A stretch of DNA of 64,000 nt, from positions 1-64,000 of the IMG/VR virus record IMGVR_UViG_3300025132_000021. One strand, given 5' to 3'. Shown here piece by piece: positions 36,197-46,015 of this stretch. The stretch is from a virus. Positions within the stretch are counted from its first letter, which is position 1, and each line of letters starts with the position of its first letter. The position numbers and the translations under genes were made by a program. The notes under the pieces are model-generated. The model was not told where the DNA came from. It was given only the letters and a program-made list of their open reading frames with translations, and searched no databases.

Positions 36197-37912
36197 ATGC
36201 CTGTCTTTTTGATTACTGGATATGATGGCGAGGATGCCATCTTTTACAGAGAAACTCCTCACCATAATGGAGTTGGGCCGTTGTTAAATCAAGCAATTCG
36301 TGAACTATCTCAACTCCCTAATTCAATGATTATTATTGAAAGTTTGCATGAAGATTCACCCGAAACTCAAATGGAAAAGCATATTCCTTTTGCAGATTAT
36401 GAAGAGTTTTATGTAGATGAGTGGGACGCAGAATCTACTAAAAAGTCAGGTAAAGTAATTACCATGTCTGGCAAACCACACAAACCTCGTAAGTTGAAGC
36501 AAGACCAAGGCATTAGCCCAGAAGAAGCAATTCAAAGAATAGCATTTCGTAGTGAAACAAGTGATTGGGTAATTGAAGAAGTTAGTATTTATGATTCTAC
36601 TTATGGCAGTAAGGCTGATGGTTCACTTTACAATCCAGATTCTAATGAACGCATAGAGTTTGAAGAAGCAGATGTTCGCATGGATTATTACATCCCACCA
36701 ATGGAAAACATTTATGTAGATTATGACGAAGACGAGGACGAAGACGAAGATGTTGAGGCGGTTGTAGAAGAATCCATGATGGAAGCCGAAGGATTCTATG
36801 ACGAGGATGGCATAGGTCCTAAGTTTATGGCGGAAGGAAAAAAGAACTGTGGCTGTGGTCAAGACCCATGTAAGACTTACGGTGCAGAAACTTTTGAAGC
36901 ACCCAAAACCATGACCAAAACTCAAGCCAAGAAGAAGTTTATTGCTTTGGCTCAACCCTACTGGATAAAAGCACTAACTAAATTGAAGGAAGGCTATATC
37001 CAAGAGAAAAAGGATGACGACAAACGGAGAGGCGGTGAATCTGAATACTTTGAACAGTATGATTATGATATTGAAGACACAAACACCTATCTCAAGATTG
37101 CTAAATCTCAATCCAAGATTATGAACATCATTGGTTGTGATGATGGAGATACAGTCCTTAGAGAAATGATTCCTGACGGATTTTACCACCTTATCAACTA
37201 TCCACGAGAAGATTATGATACTTGGGAAACCACAATGGCTTATTTTGAAGGACCCAAAACAATTAAAAAACAATTGAAAGCCTTGTTGCCTTTTATTGAG
37301 GGCAAAGTTACGGTCAAGCCAAAGTCAAAGGCTAAGAAACCTAAATACTATCTTCATTTTGGTGAGGGTTTTACTGCTGATAAATGTGTTTATACTGGTA
37401 AAAAGTATGCTATGAACACAATTCGTTCCGCCAAAGCATTAGCAAATCAGATGTGGAATCTCGGACCTATGCCCGGTATGAATCGTGGATATGCAGATTT
37501 TACCATCAACGGTGAACATTATGGCAATATAGTAACATGGGAAACAGAAATTATAGATGCCGACACGGGAGAAGTGGTGGATTATTGGACACCATCAAAA
37601 GAACAAAAAGCCGCATATAAAAAGAAGGCTAATGCTATCAAAAAGGCTGCTAAACCTGCGGCAAAGAAACCCAAGCCCAAGCCACGGGCAAAAGCCTCTG
37701 CTAAGAAATCTAAGGCTAAGGCTAAAGCCAAGACTGGCCGCAAAGCACCTACAATTTCAGCCACCAAGCGAAAGATTGGAACTCGGATGCGAGGCAACGA
37801 TGGTAAAATGTGGGAAGTCAAGAAATCTGGAAAATCACAACGATGGATGGCTGGTGCAGAAACTCAAGAGTTTCGTTCACCATTAGATGACTCTTTTGAT
37901 GAAATACTATGA
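36197..37912 (+). CDS. Polyprotein-like modular protein with acidic modules and Lys/Ala-rich (H1-like) C-terminal region
   Basis: WDAE, FRSE, MEAE, FMAE, YGAE, AGAE junctions; KKAAKPAAKKPKPK; RKAPTISAT..GTRMRGNDGKMW..QRW. Confidence 0.75.
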   Translation: MPVFLITGYDGEDAIFYRETPHHNGVGPLLNQAIRELSQLPNSMIIIESLHEDSPETQMEKHIPFADYEEFYVDEWDAESTKKSGKVITMSGKPHKPRKLKQDQGISPEEAIQRIAFRSETSDWVIEEVSIYDSTYGSKADGSLYNPDSNERIEFEEADVRMDYYIPPMENIYVDYDEDEDEDEDVEAVVEESMMEAEGFYDEDGIGPKFMAEGKKNCGCGQDPCKTYGAETFEAPKTMTKTQAKKKFIALAQPYWIKALTKLKEGYIQEKKDDDKRRGGESEYFEQYDYDIEDTNTYLKIAKSQSKIMNIIGCDDGDTVLREMIPDGFYHLINYPREDYDTWETTMAYFEGPKTIKKQLKALLPFIEGKVTVKPKSKAKKPKYYLHFGEGFTADKCVYTGKKYAMNTIRSAKALANQMWNLGPMPGMNRGYADFTINGEHYGNIVTWETEIIDADTGEVVDYWTPSKEQKAAYKKKANAIKKAAKPAAKKPKPKPRAKASAKKSKAKAKAKTGRKAPTISATKRKIGTRMRGNDGKMWEVKKSGKSQRWMAGAETQEFRSPLDDSFDEIL

Positions 37913-38176
37913 GGAATTATTATGCACCCAAATACAATAGAAGCAGTTCGCAAATACCTACGAAACAAAGCATTAGATGAAACATATTCTTATTTCGGAG
38001 TAGATTAACTATGATTTATCATTGTTTGCATTGTAATCAACCTATAATGCCCGGAGAATCCTCCATTAGATTACATGGTTCATCACCAGTTCACTTGACT
38101 TGTCAAAACAATAATACCTTTACTGCACCATGGGAACATAGATAAGTTTATATTGGTCATTACATATAGTATTACT

Positions 38177-38557
38177 ATGACTAATTTTTGGGAAGACTTT
38201 TTCCGAGACATGATGAACAATTCTACGAATCCATATTCAGGATATAATACCAGCCATTATAGTAATCATTATATTCCTCGTAATCAAAAGCAAGGTGGAA
38301 TTGGCCGTTTGGCAAAAACACTTAAAGAAATCAAAGAACTGGTTGAAGCCCTTTTGAACAATCAATTAGAAACCAGCCACATTGTAGAAGAAAAGTTAGC
38401 AATTGATGATAACAAGTTTGAACTTAATTTAGTTGTAGAGAAGGAGATTGCAGGCGAAACCCGCCGATTCAACATCAATGTAGAAGAAGTTTTTGTGGAA
38501 GAGTCAGACGATGAAGAAGAGTCTGATGAAGATACCACCAATTATTTTACTGAATGA
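38177..38557 (+). CDS. Hypothetical protein
   Basis: TTTATATT box 30 nt upstream; acidic tail. Confidence 0.6.
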   Translation: MTNFWEDFFRDMMNNSTNPYSGYNTSHYSNHYIPRNQKQGGIGRLAKTLKEIKELVEALLNNQLETSHIVEEKLAIDDNKFELNLVVEKEIAGETRRFNINVEEVFVEESDDEEESDEDTTNYFTE

Positions 38558-38652
38558 GCATCACGCCCCAAACTTTAAGTAGTTGATAAGACCTATTGTT
38601 TAGTAGAGGAAACAGTGGGTTTCCTATGAACGACAAATAAAAGGTAATTTTA

Positions 38653-40365
38653 ATGAACAAAGAAAATAAACTAAAGAAGACATTTTTAACGATTTTAACA
38701 GCAATTATGCTTGCTATGAGTGCAGGTGTAGTTACTGGTGAAGGTTCCGACCCTCTTGACCCATCAGACGGTGGCGCAGATTGGGATGGCGACGGTTTGA
38801 CTAACAAAGAAGAACAAGACGCTGGAACTAATATGAACAACCCAGATTCAGACGGTGATGGACTCCCAGATGGTTGGGAAGTTGCTAACGGCCTAAATCC
38901 AACTAACGGTGGCGATGCTAACGGCGACCCAGATGGAGATGGTCTAACCAACTCTCAAGAATATGCACAGGGAACTAACCCAAACAATGCCGATACTGAC
39001 GGCGATGGCAAACCTGATAACACAGATGCCTTCCCTAACGACCCTAACGATGGAGAATACTCCGACTCCGATGGAGATGGAATCCCAGACGCATACGACC
39101 CAGATTATCAAGAGTCCCAAGCGGGTTCTGGTAATGGAGGCACAGAAGGCGGTGGCGAGTCTGAAGACAATGGACAAGGCGAAGGCCAAGGTCAGGGTCA
39201 AGGACAGGGACAAGGACAAGGACAGGGGCAAGGCCAAGGCCAAGGTCAGGGTCAAGGTCAGGGTCAGGGTCAAGGACAGGGCCAAGGTCAAGGACAAGGA
39301 CAAGGGCAGGGCCAAGGACAAGGGCAAGGCCAAGGTCAAGGTCAAGGACAGGGACAGGGCCAAGGCCAAGGTCAGGGTCAAGGACAAGGCCAACAACAAG
39401 GTCAAGGTCAAAGTCAAGGACAAGGACAACAAGGACAACAAGGCCAGCAAGGAAACCAAGGACAACAAGGACAGGCTGGACAACAAGGCCAACAATCTGG
39501 ACAACAAGGTAACCAAGGTCAGCAAGGCCAACAAGGGCAACAAGGTCAGCAACAAGATAACGGGCAAGGCCAGCAACAACAAGGAGGTCAGCAAGGCGGT
39601 CAGCAATCTGAACAACAAGCAGAAGAACAGAACGGCCAAAACCAAAATGGTGCTAACCAACAACAGCAAGGTCAAACCCAGAATGGTCAGCAAGGCCAGC
39701 AAGGTCAGCAAAATGACCAGCAACAAGGCCAACAGTTGGATAATCAAGACCAAAATGGAGATAACGACAATGATGGCGACGGTATTCCTGATGACTTAGA
39801 CAATGATGATGATAACGATGGAATCCCAGATACTATGGATGATTCACCTCAAGACCATGATAACGACGGCATTGATGATGCTGAAGATAATGATGATGAC
39901 GGAGATGGAATCAACGATAATGAAGAAGTCAATGATGGCAACGACAACACAGATATTTATGACCACGACAATGACGGTATAGAAGACCGTTTTGACTTTG
40001 ACATTGATAATGACGGAATTGACAACTGGAATGACCTGTATGAAAACGGGTCAGATGCCAGCCGAGACCACGACAATGATGGTATGGACGATGGTGTAGA
40101 CACAGACGACGATAACGACAACATTCTTGATGTTGATGAAATCGGCGGTGCTTGGTCTTCCTATCGCTACGACCATGATAACGACAACATTTGGGATGCA
40201 ACAGACCTTGATGATGATAACGATGGTCTATCAGACTGGTTTGAGAACAATGATGGCAACGATATGACAGGTCAATTTGACCATGACAACGATGGCGTTA
40301 GTGATTACTTAGACCTTGACGATGATGGCGACGGTATTCTGGACGAGTTTGAAAACGGCGTTTGA
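38653..40365 (+). CDS. Secreted protein with TSP3-like Ca-binding DxDxDG repeats flanking a Gly-Gln low-complexity domain
   Basis: Signal peptide; DSDGDG/DHDNDG/DDDNDG repeats; (GQ)35 then Q/G/N-rich. Confidence 0.85.
   Translation: MNKENKLKKTFLTILTAIMLAMSAGVVTGEGSDPLDPSDGGADWDGDGLTNKEEQDAGTNMNNPDSDGDGLPDGWEVANGLNPTNGGDANGDPDGDGLTNSQEYAQGTNPNNADTDGDGKPDNTDAFPNDPNDGEYSDSDGDGIPDAYDPDYQESQAGSGNGGTEGGGESEDNGQGEGQGQGQGQGQGQGQGQGQGQGQGQGQGQGQGQGQGQGQGQGQGQGQGQGQGQGQGQGQGQGQGQGQGQGQQQGQGQSQGQGQQGQQGQQGNQGQQGQAGQQGQQSGQQGNQGQQGQQGQQGQQQDNGQGQQQQGGQQGGQQSEQQAEEQNGQNQNGANQQQQGQTQNGQQGQQGQQNDQQQGQQLDNQDQNGDNDNDGDGIPDDLDNDDDNDGIPDTMDDSPQDHDNDGIDDAEDNDDDGDGINDNEEVNDGNDNTDIYDHDNDGIEDRFDFDIDNDGIDNWNDLYENGSDASRDHDNDGMDDGVDTDDDNDNILDVDEIGGAWSSYRYDHDNDNIWDATDLDDDNDGLSDWFENNDGNDMTGQFDHDNDGVSDYLDLDDDGDGILDEFENGV
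39184..39393 (+). repeat. (GGN CAR)x35 coding repeat (Gly-Gln)
   Basis: 210 nt with synonymous codons mixed. Confidence 0.9.
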
Positions 40366-40469
40366 AGTCTATAATTTAACTTGTTATGACGGACGAGATT
40401 TCATTACGAAATCTTCTCTTGAACTCGTTAAAGAGTAGTGTTAAATAGGTGAAACCACCTACACTAATT

Positions 40470-40703
40470 ATGAACCCCGCCAAACTTACACCCGTTCAAA
40501 TGCGTGTCCTTTGTAGCCGAAATGAGTTAGAAACATTTGTCAAGCGTAGACTTTCTACCTTAAACAAAAGAAGTGCTGATTCATGGAATAAGCGAAACCA
40601 AAAAGTTCAGCGTTCAGAAGTTAATTTTTCTAATATCAATAAAGAAACATTGGTGTTCATGGCTTCGGCTTTGAGCAAGTGTGAGCGTAAAGACAATCTT
40701 TAA
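40470..40703 (+). CDS. Small basic protein
   Basis: TTAAATAG box 29 nt upstream of ATG 40470. Confidence 0.55.
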   Translation: MNPAKLTPVQMRVLCSRNELETFVKRRLSTLNKRSADSWNKRNQKVQRSEVNFSNINKETLVFMASALSKCERKDNL

Positions 40704-40709
40704 GTATCA
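40699..40709 (+). promoter_or_regulatory. TTTAAGTATCA promoter box
   Basis: 30 nt before ATG 40729. Confidence 0.8.
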
Positions 40710-40728
40710 AAGAATACCATTAAACTTC

Positions 40729-40935
40729 ATGCGTAGTCGTGAAGATGTCTATGGAATGCTTAGAGAAGCAGTAGATTTGCAGGAAACATGGCGTTATGCC
40801 TATGACCAAGCCAAAGCGCAAGGCAACAAGGAACAAATGAGGATTTGTGTTCGCAATCATAAAGCATTAGAAGGAGTTATCAAAACCCTTCGGTGGACAC
40901 TTGAATATGCAGGTATTAGTAGTCCCTTAATGTAA
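40729..40935 (+). CDS. Small helical protein, paralogue A
   Basis: RNHKALEGVIKTLRWTL. Confidence 0.75.
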   Translation: MRSREDVYGMLREAVDLQETWRYAYDQAKAQGNKEQMRICVRNHKALEGVIKTLRWTLEYAGISSPLM

Positions 40936-40975
40936 ATCTTTATTAAGGTGCTTCAACAAACGAGGGTTGAAAACT

Positions 40976-41227
40976 ATGGCTGAAATGAGCGACCATCAAG
41001 ATACGAACCATTTTACTTATGACCGTAATTGGGACGAAATTGAAAATATGTTAGATGCTGCCGAGCGCATGATGAACAAATGGGTTAATCGTTTTTACGA
41101 GGCTCAAGTCAAAGGCGACCGTAGAACTATGAAAGATTGCGCTCGTAATAAAAAAGCCTTAGAAGGTGTTATCAAAACACTCCGATGGACATTGGGCGAT
41201 AAGAACATAGAACATCCATTAAATTAA
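40976..41227 (+). CDS. Small helical protein, paralogue B
   Basis: RNKKALEGVIKTLRWTLGD. Confidence 0.75.
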   Translation: MAEMSDHQDTNHFTYDRNWDEIENMLDAAERMMNKWVNRFYEAQVKGDRRTMKDCARNKKALEGVIKTLRWTLGDKNIEHPLN

Positions 41228-41239
41228 ACTTAGCAAATC

Positions 41240-41250
41240 TTTAAGTATCA
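41240..41250 (+). promoter_or_regulatory. TTTAAGTATCA promoter box
   Basis: 31 nt before ATG 41271. Confidence 0.8.
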
Positions 41251-41270
41251 GAACCGCCAAAGTCCTTATC

Positions 41271-42203
41271 ATGGACGCAAGAACAATCGCAGGCGCAGGA
41301 CTACTCATTGGTGGTGGTCTTGTCGGCTACAAGGCTATGAAAGATTTGGCAGGACTTGGTTGCTATGGACCAGCCGCTTACCTAACACTCGGACTCACTG
41401 GAATTGGCGCAGGATTATTCCTGTTTGGCAAACTACGAACAGACGCAGTTAAGCAAAGAGTTGCTGATGTAAAAGAAGAAGTTTCCGCAGTAATGAACTC
41501 TGAATACTACCCTTGGCTACCTGAAGGTATGGATGCTGGCGATGTAGTAGTTCCTAACTCCTATGGAGACACTTCCTCTGCTGCTGGTATGCCTGATGGC
41601 TCTGGTCGTGGAGTTCCACAATGGTATGGAAGCGCAGAAGGCCGAAAATACGGCAAGCGTGACCGATACACAGACCGTTGGGGCAACGCTCGCTACTTTA
41701 CTCGTCGCAAGGACGGTTCAATCGTAACTTCAGTCAATATCGCTGGAAAGCGTGGTGCTGTTGCTAACGACCGCCGACAAGGTGCTAAGACTTACAAGCC
41801 TTCTGGCTACCGTCAGATGGGTGATGCAAAGCCAGTCGGACAACTTGAGAGAGCCATGAAGAATATGTTCGGTGCAGATACCGAAGCAGGACTTCCAGTT
41901 ATCCCAGATTCCTACGGAACAAACTCTGCTCTGGATTCAGGACAAGGAGTTCCAGTTTGGTATGGTTCCGCAGAATCCAAGTATGGCAAACGCCAACGCT
42001 TTGACCATATCAAAGGCAACAGCCGATATGTCGCTCGTGATACTAAGGGAAGATTTATCTCCAATGTATCAGTAGCAGGTAAGCGAGGTTCAATCGCACA
42101 GGACAAGCGTAAGATGGCAAAGTCCTACAAGCCTGCTGGCTACCGCCAGATGGGTGATGGAAAGCGTGTTCCACAATCGGCTCGTGCTTCCAAGAATGTG
42201 TGA
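41271..42203 (+). CDS. Membrane-anchored precursor with duplicated spacer plus basic module
   Basis: Two N-terminal TMs; two copies of P.SYG..SG.GVP.WYGSAE followed by KYGKR..AGKRG..YKP.GYRQMGD. Confidence 0.8.
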   Translation: MDARTIAGAGLLIGGGLVGYKAMKDLAGLGCYGPAAYLTLGLTGIGAGLFLFGKLRTDAVKQRVADVKEEVSAVMNSEYYPWLPEGMDAGDVVVPNSYGDTSSAAGMPDGSGRGVPQWYGSAEGRKYGKRDRYTDRWGNARYFTRRKDGSIVTSVNIAGKRGAVANDRRQGAKTYKPSGYRQMGDAKPVGQLERAMKNMFGADTEAGLPVIPDSYGTNSALDSGQGVPVWYGSAESKYGKRQRFDHIKGNSRYVARDTKGRFISNVSVAGKRGSIAQDKRKMAKSYKPAGYRQMGDGKRVPQSARASKNV

Positions 42204-42236
42204 AGACTTAAGTAGTTGAACTTACCATGATTATTC

Positions 42237-42581
42237 ATGGACTGGGACGCTTTGCTCAAGGCAGAAGCCAAGAAAGAAGAGTTGCGTCGTAAGACTATGG
42301 GAGAGCGTAGCACACTACATTCTCGTAAGCGTCGTTCAGACCCACACCGTTATGCTAAAGTTCCCGATATTCCAGTAGTTCCTATTCAGAAGCAATCACC
42401 AGATTGGACTCAACAGATTAAAGATACCTCCCTCCCCGACACCCCTCCCTCTGTGGATAGAGCAATTCAAACGCAACATACCTCTGGTTTGAATAAAACT
42501 AATTTGAAGCGTAATGCTGAACAACAATTAGAAGATTTACGCAAACAATTGCGAAAAGCCTATGGATTAGGGGGTATTTAG
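42237..42581 (+). CDS. Hypothetical protein
   Basis: CTTAAGTAG at 42207, +30 ATG. Confidence 0.65.
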   Translation: MDWDALLKAEAKKEELRRKTMGERSTLHSRKRRSDPHRYAKVPDIPVVPIQKQSPDWTQQIKDTSLPDTPPSVDRAIQTQHTSGLNKTNLKRNAEQQLEDLRKQLRKAYGLGGI

Positions 42582-43082
42582 GTGTCAATTCGTCGGCAAG
42601 GCTGGGAATGGGCTGTGGCAGACCTTGGAAACTTACCTGCCAAGGTTAAACAACTTGAAGTTCGCCCACAATCAGTTTTTTATTCAGGAATTGGTGATGC
42701 TACACAGGTAAATCGTAATCGCACAGGTGATGATGAGTATATCGTTCTACAATATGTTGGTTCTACACCGGGTAATTGGGGCGGTTTATTTAACAAAGGT
42801 CGTGATTGGAAACCCGGTGGTTTCGTCAATATCCGTATCGGCACAACAGCCTATTATCAAACTTTAGATGGTAGAGATTCACAAGGACTAACTGGCACAG
42901 CCGCACCCTATCCTATCTCATCTTCTGCTTCACCAGTTTTGAAAAACTGGATTCCAATTCAAATCCCGCCCGGAACGGATTGGGACATTACTTATTTCTT
43001 AGGCAACGCTTTAGTTCCACTTACGGAGGAGTTTCCACAGTTGCCGATTTCAACATTTACAATTACTGAAGTTCCACCATGA
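42582..43082 (+). CDS. Beta-rich hypothetical protein (possibly structural)
   Basis: 166-aa ORF immediately after upstream stop. Confidence 0.6.
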   Translation: MSIRRQGWEWAVADLGNLPAKVKQLEVRPQSVFYSGIGDATQVNRNRTGDDEYIVLQYVGSTPGNWGGLFNKGRDWKPGGFVNIRIGTTAYYQTLDGRDSQGLTGTAAPYPISSSASPVLKNWIPIQIPPGTDWDITYFLGNALVPLTEEFPQLPISTFTITEVPP

Positions 43083-43092
43083 GGTTTTTATT

Positions 43093-45948
43093 ATGGGATT
43101 AGTCTACGATATTAACACCGTTGCTTTGCCATGGCAAAGTAATACCAAAAATTGGTTTGAGTCCTTTGCTAATTTTGATGGCACTGCTGAGTTCCAAGGC
43201 GCACTCACAGAATCCATGCAAGGTATAGAACAATTTGACCCCGGAGGTAATCTTGTGACTGATTGGATTATTCGTGGACAAACTTATGTGAATGATTATT
43301 ACATTTGGTATGGGTCTTACCGAGCCTATTTCATGGACTTATATGCTGCCAATACTGGAGGAATTGCATGGGATGGTTTCATTTGTGTTGCGAGAGCCTA
43401 CAATGCTGTAAAGGGAGGACGGTATGACCCAGATGCAGGAGTTCCATTTCCTCCTAATGCCCCATTTGCCGAAGGACCGTTTGAGGTTCCATTTCGCTCG
43501 GTTTATATGATTCCCATGAGGTTGCCTTATCAATTACCACCGGGCGTTGTGGGTGATGCGGTCAAGATTGCCGCCGATAGTGAACCCGGTGTTTATGGTG
43601 TAAATATCGCCACAGGATTAGGCTCATTATATGGGTCAGAAGTAGTAGGAACTTCTTTTGCTAACAAAGATTATGCAGTTATGGATTCACGCCGAACACC
43701 TAAAATTGGTATTGGCGTAGTAGGAACTCAAAGAACTTATACAGGTAATAGCACACCCACTGGCATTTCTTATGTAGGTTTTGGAAACATTTTTAACATT
43801 GATTATAACCCCGCAAGTTATGAACAAGGAAACCTTTTAGACCCACAGATGCAAGGTTCACCCATGGCTCTTATTTGGGCAGAAGCATGGGGTTGGAAAA
43901 AAGAAAGTTTTTACAATAATGGTGGAGTGGGTGTGCCAAATCTTACTCAATTTGTTCCGTTGGATGATGGAATTATCAATATGGAATCTAATACAACTCG
44001 TTGGGTTTTCCCCGGTGATGTTGCAGATGCCGACCAAGCCAATGCTTTACTATACAGTGGAGGAGATGGACACATCATTACTAAAGTTTATGATTTGAAA
44101 TGGTCTGCTGACACAGTTAATCTAAATAATCCCAAAGGAACTGGTATTGGACTACTGTGTGGACAAGTAGCCGAGTTCGCAGGAGGAGTTTTACAAAACT
44201 TTCAACCATTCTTTGCAGGTTGGAAATCGGTTTGGACGGGAGACTTGCCCTCCTATACTTATGCAAAATATGGTTCTACCAGTGGACATCCCGATGGAAG
44301 ACCTTGTAATATCAAAGTTGGTGTAGCCTCTCGTAGTGGGACTACTGCTAATTTCATCATGCCTACTGATGTTACTATTGACCTTACGAGTGGAGCCTTT
44401 GCTAACACCATAACTCAAGCATTACCAGATAATACAGTAGAGACTTATTTGAATACATTTTTAGTTGGTATAAATTATGCAGTTATAGGTGGTGTTAAAC
44501 AATGTGTTGTTTATTCAGCCAATTCACCAGATATTATTTATGGTAATGGATTTGAGGCTGCAACCAGAAGTTATTGTTTGGCTCCTTTGGCGTATGCAGG
44601 AGGTTCGTTTGTGACTGAAACAGGTTTAGAGATGCCTTCAACCGCAGGAGGAACACCAATTTGGACAGGTTCGGTTTTTCAAAATCAAACATTAGATTTA
44701 GAATACGAAGAACGCTCAACAGGTAAATCAGATTTCCAGAATGCGGCAGCGTTGATAGCACTTGGAGGTGCGCCAACTTATGTCATAGATGATGATTTAG
44801 TAGAATCCAATAATAAGGATTTCACCGTCCCTCCTGAAGAGAAAGCAGCCCTCGCTTTAGCAGGAGTTGGTCTTGGTAATGCAGGAAATTGTTATATTCC
44901 CGGAGTGAATCAAGAAACTCCAAGCCCAACTAATCCTTATGCAAACTTAGCCAATGGTTTATTAGCCTACCAACCGGGTGCAGGACCTTATGCTTTAATT
45001 TATGATTTTGGCAGTATTAGTGCCAACCCAGTAGCATTTAGTAATCCATTACAAATTACCAGCACAGGTTCAGGAACTCAACAAGGAGGAGAAATGAACA
45101 AAGAGTTTATCACAGGACCAAACTCTACCACTCGCTATGCTACTTGTGGTTCTTGGGATAATGACAGAGACCAATGGATTTTTACATTCTGCGACCCTGT
45201 AAATGGTGCAGGAATCATGTCAGTCAATTCGGCTTTTGGATTAGCCAGCAAAGTTCAACAAACTTTCTTAGACCAGACTGTAAATCTACCCGGACCTCCA
45301 AAAAATAGTTTCACCCCACAATGTTCTATTTATACCAGTCGTCAAATGACTACTCAATTAGATGGACTCGTGATTTCAGGGGCAGAAAATAACCTACAAG
45401 GCACAGATGCAGACGGACAAGTTTCAGGAGGTCGTTTGGCATTAAAGGGTGCGCCCTTAGCAGGAGTTCCTGCTGCTCAAGCCTTTACGGTATTTGGAAT
45501 CGGAGTAATCACAGGAACAACAGGCAGAACTGCTCGTGTTTGGGTAGATTATCTGTTATTTGATGGTCCTGAGTCCTTAATTGCAGTGGAACTTGAAAAG
45601 TTAGGACTCCGTGTAACCGTAGAAAATGTAGAATGGTATAAAGCCAAGATTCTTAAAGCAGGAAAATTGGGTCTTACTTTAGAAGAAATTGAAGACTGGG
45701 TTCGTATGCAACAAGATGAATACCGAGCCACTTTGAAACAAAAAGAGCGTGCAGGTCGTATGCGTAGCAAACGCCGACAAGTTGCTGTCTGGAGAGAAGG
45801 ATTAGAAGATACCTTAGAAGGAGACTTTATGGACAAAGGAGGATTTGAAACTCTCAAGGACTTAGATACTGCTGCTCAAGAGTATGTCCCTGCCCCTTCA
45901 GAAACTACCAAAAATACCAAAAACACGAAATTAGATTCCGATAAATGA
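43093..45948 (+). CDS. Large beta-rich G/N/T-rich protein (putative virion or surface protein)
   Basis: 951 aa; GAGG SD; charged helical C terminus. Confidence 0.7.
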   Translation: MGLVYDINTVALPWQSNTKNWFESFANFDGTAEFQGALTESMQGIEQFDPGGNLVTDWIIRGQTYVNDYYIWYGSYRAYFMDLYAANTGGIAWDGFICVARAYNAVKGGRYDPDAGVPFPPNAPFAEGPFEVPFRSVYMIPMRLPYQLPPGVVGDAVKIAADSEPGVYGVNIATGLGSLYGSEVVGTSFANKDYAVMDSRRTPKIGIGVVGTQRTYTGNSTPTGISYVGFGNIFNIDYNPASYEQGNLLDPQMQGSPMALIWAEAWGWKKESFYNNGGVGVPNLTQFVPLDDGIINMESNTTRWVFPGDVADADQANALLYSGGDGHIITKVYDLKWSADTVNLNNPKGTGIGLLCGQVAEFAGGVLQNFQPFFAGWKSVWTGDLPSYTYAKYGSTSGHPDGRPCNIKVGVASRSGTTANFIMPTDVTIDLTSGAFANTITQALPDNTVETYLNTFLVGINYAVIGGVKQCVVYSANSPDIIYGNGFEAATRSYCLAPLAYAGGSFVTETGLEMPSTAGGTPIWTGSVFQNQTLDLEYEERSTGKSDFQNAAALIALGGAPTYVIDDDLVESNNKDFTVPPEEKAALALAGVGLGNAGNCYIPGVNQETPSPTNPYANLANGLLAYQPGAGPYALIYDFGSISANPVAFSNPLQITSTGSGTQQGGEMNKEFITGPNSTTRYATCGSWDNDRDQWIFTFCDPVNGAGIMSVNSAFGLASKVQQTFLDQTVNLPGPPKNSFTPQCSIYTSRQMTTQLDGLVISGAENNLQGTDADGQVSGGRLALKGAPLAGVPAAQAFTVFGIGVITGTTGRTARVWVDYLLFDGPESLIAVELEKLGLRVTVENVEWYKAKILKAGKLGLTLEEIEDWVRMQQDEYRATLKQKERAGRMRSKRRQVAVWREGLEDTLEGDFMDKGGFETLKDLDTAAQEYVPAPSETTKNTKNTKLDSDK

Positions 45949-46015
45949 TAGTCTGCGAGCCTATATGCACACAAACTTACTCAAACTTTAAGTAGTAGTA
46001 AATCAAAATAATACT

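Noticed and set aside
38944-39799. Long alternative-frame ORFs (269 aa Leu-rich on minus; 278 aa Lys-rich on plus)
   Set aside because: Shadows of the GQ/Q-rich repeat, which lacks stop codons in other frames.
43093-45948. Major capsid or tail protein assignment
   Set aside because: No recognisable HK97, jelly-roll or tail motifs by eye; left as putative structural.
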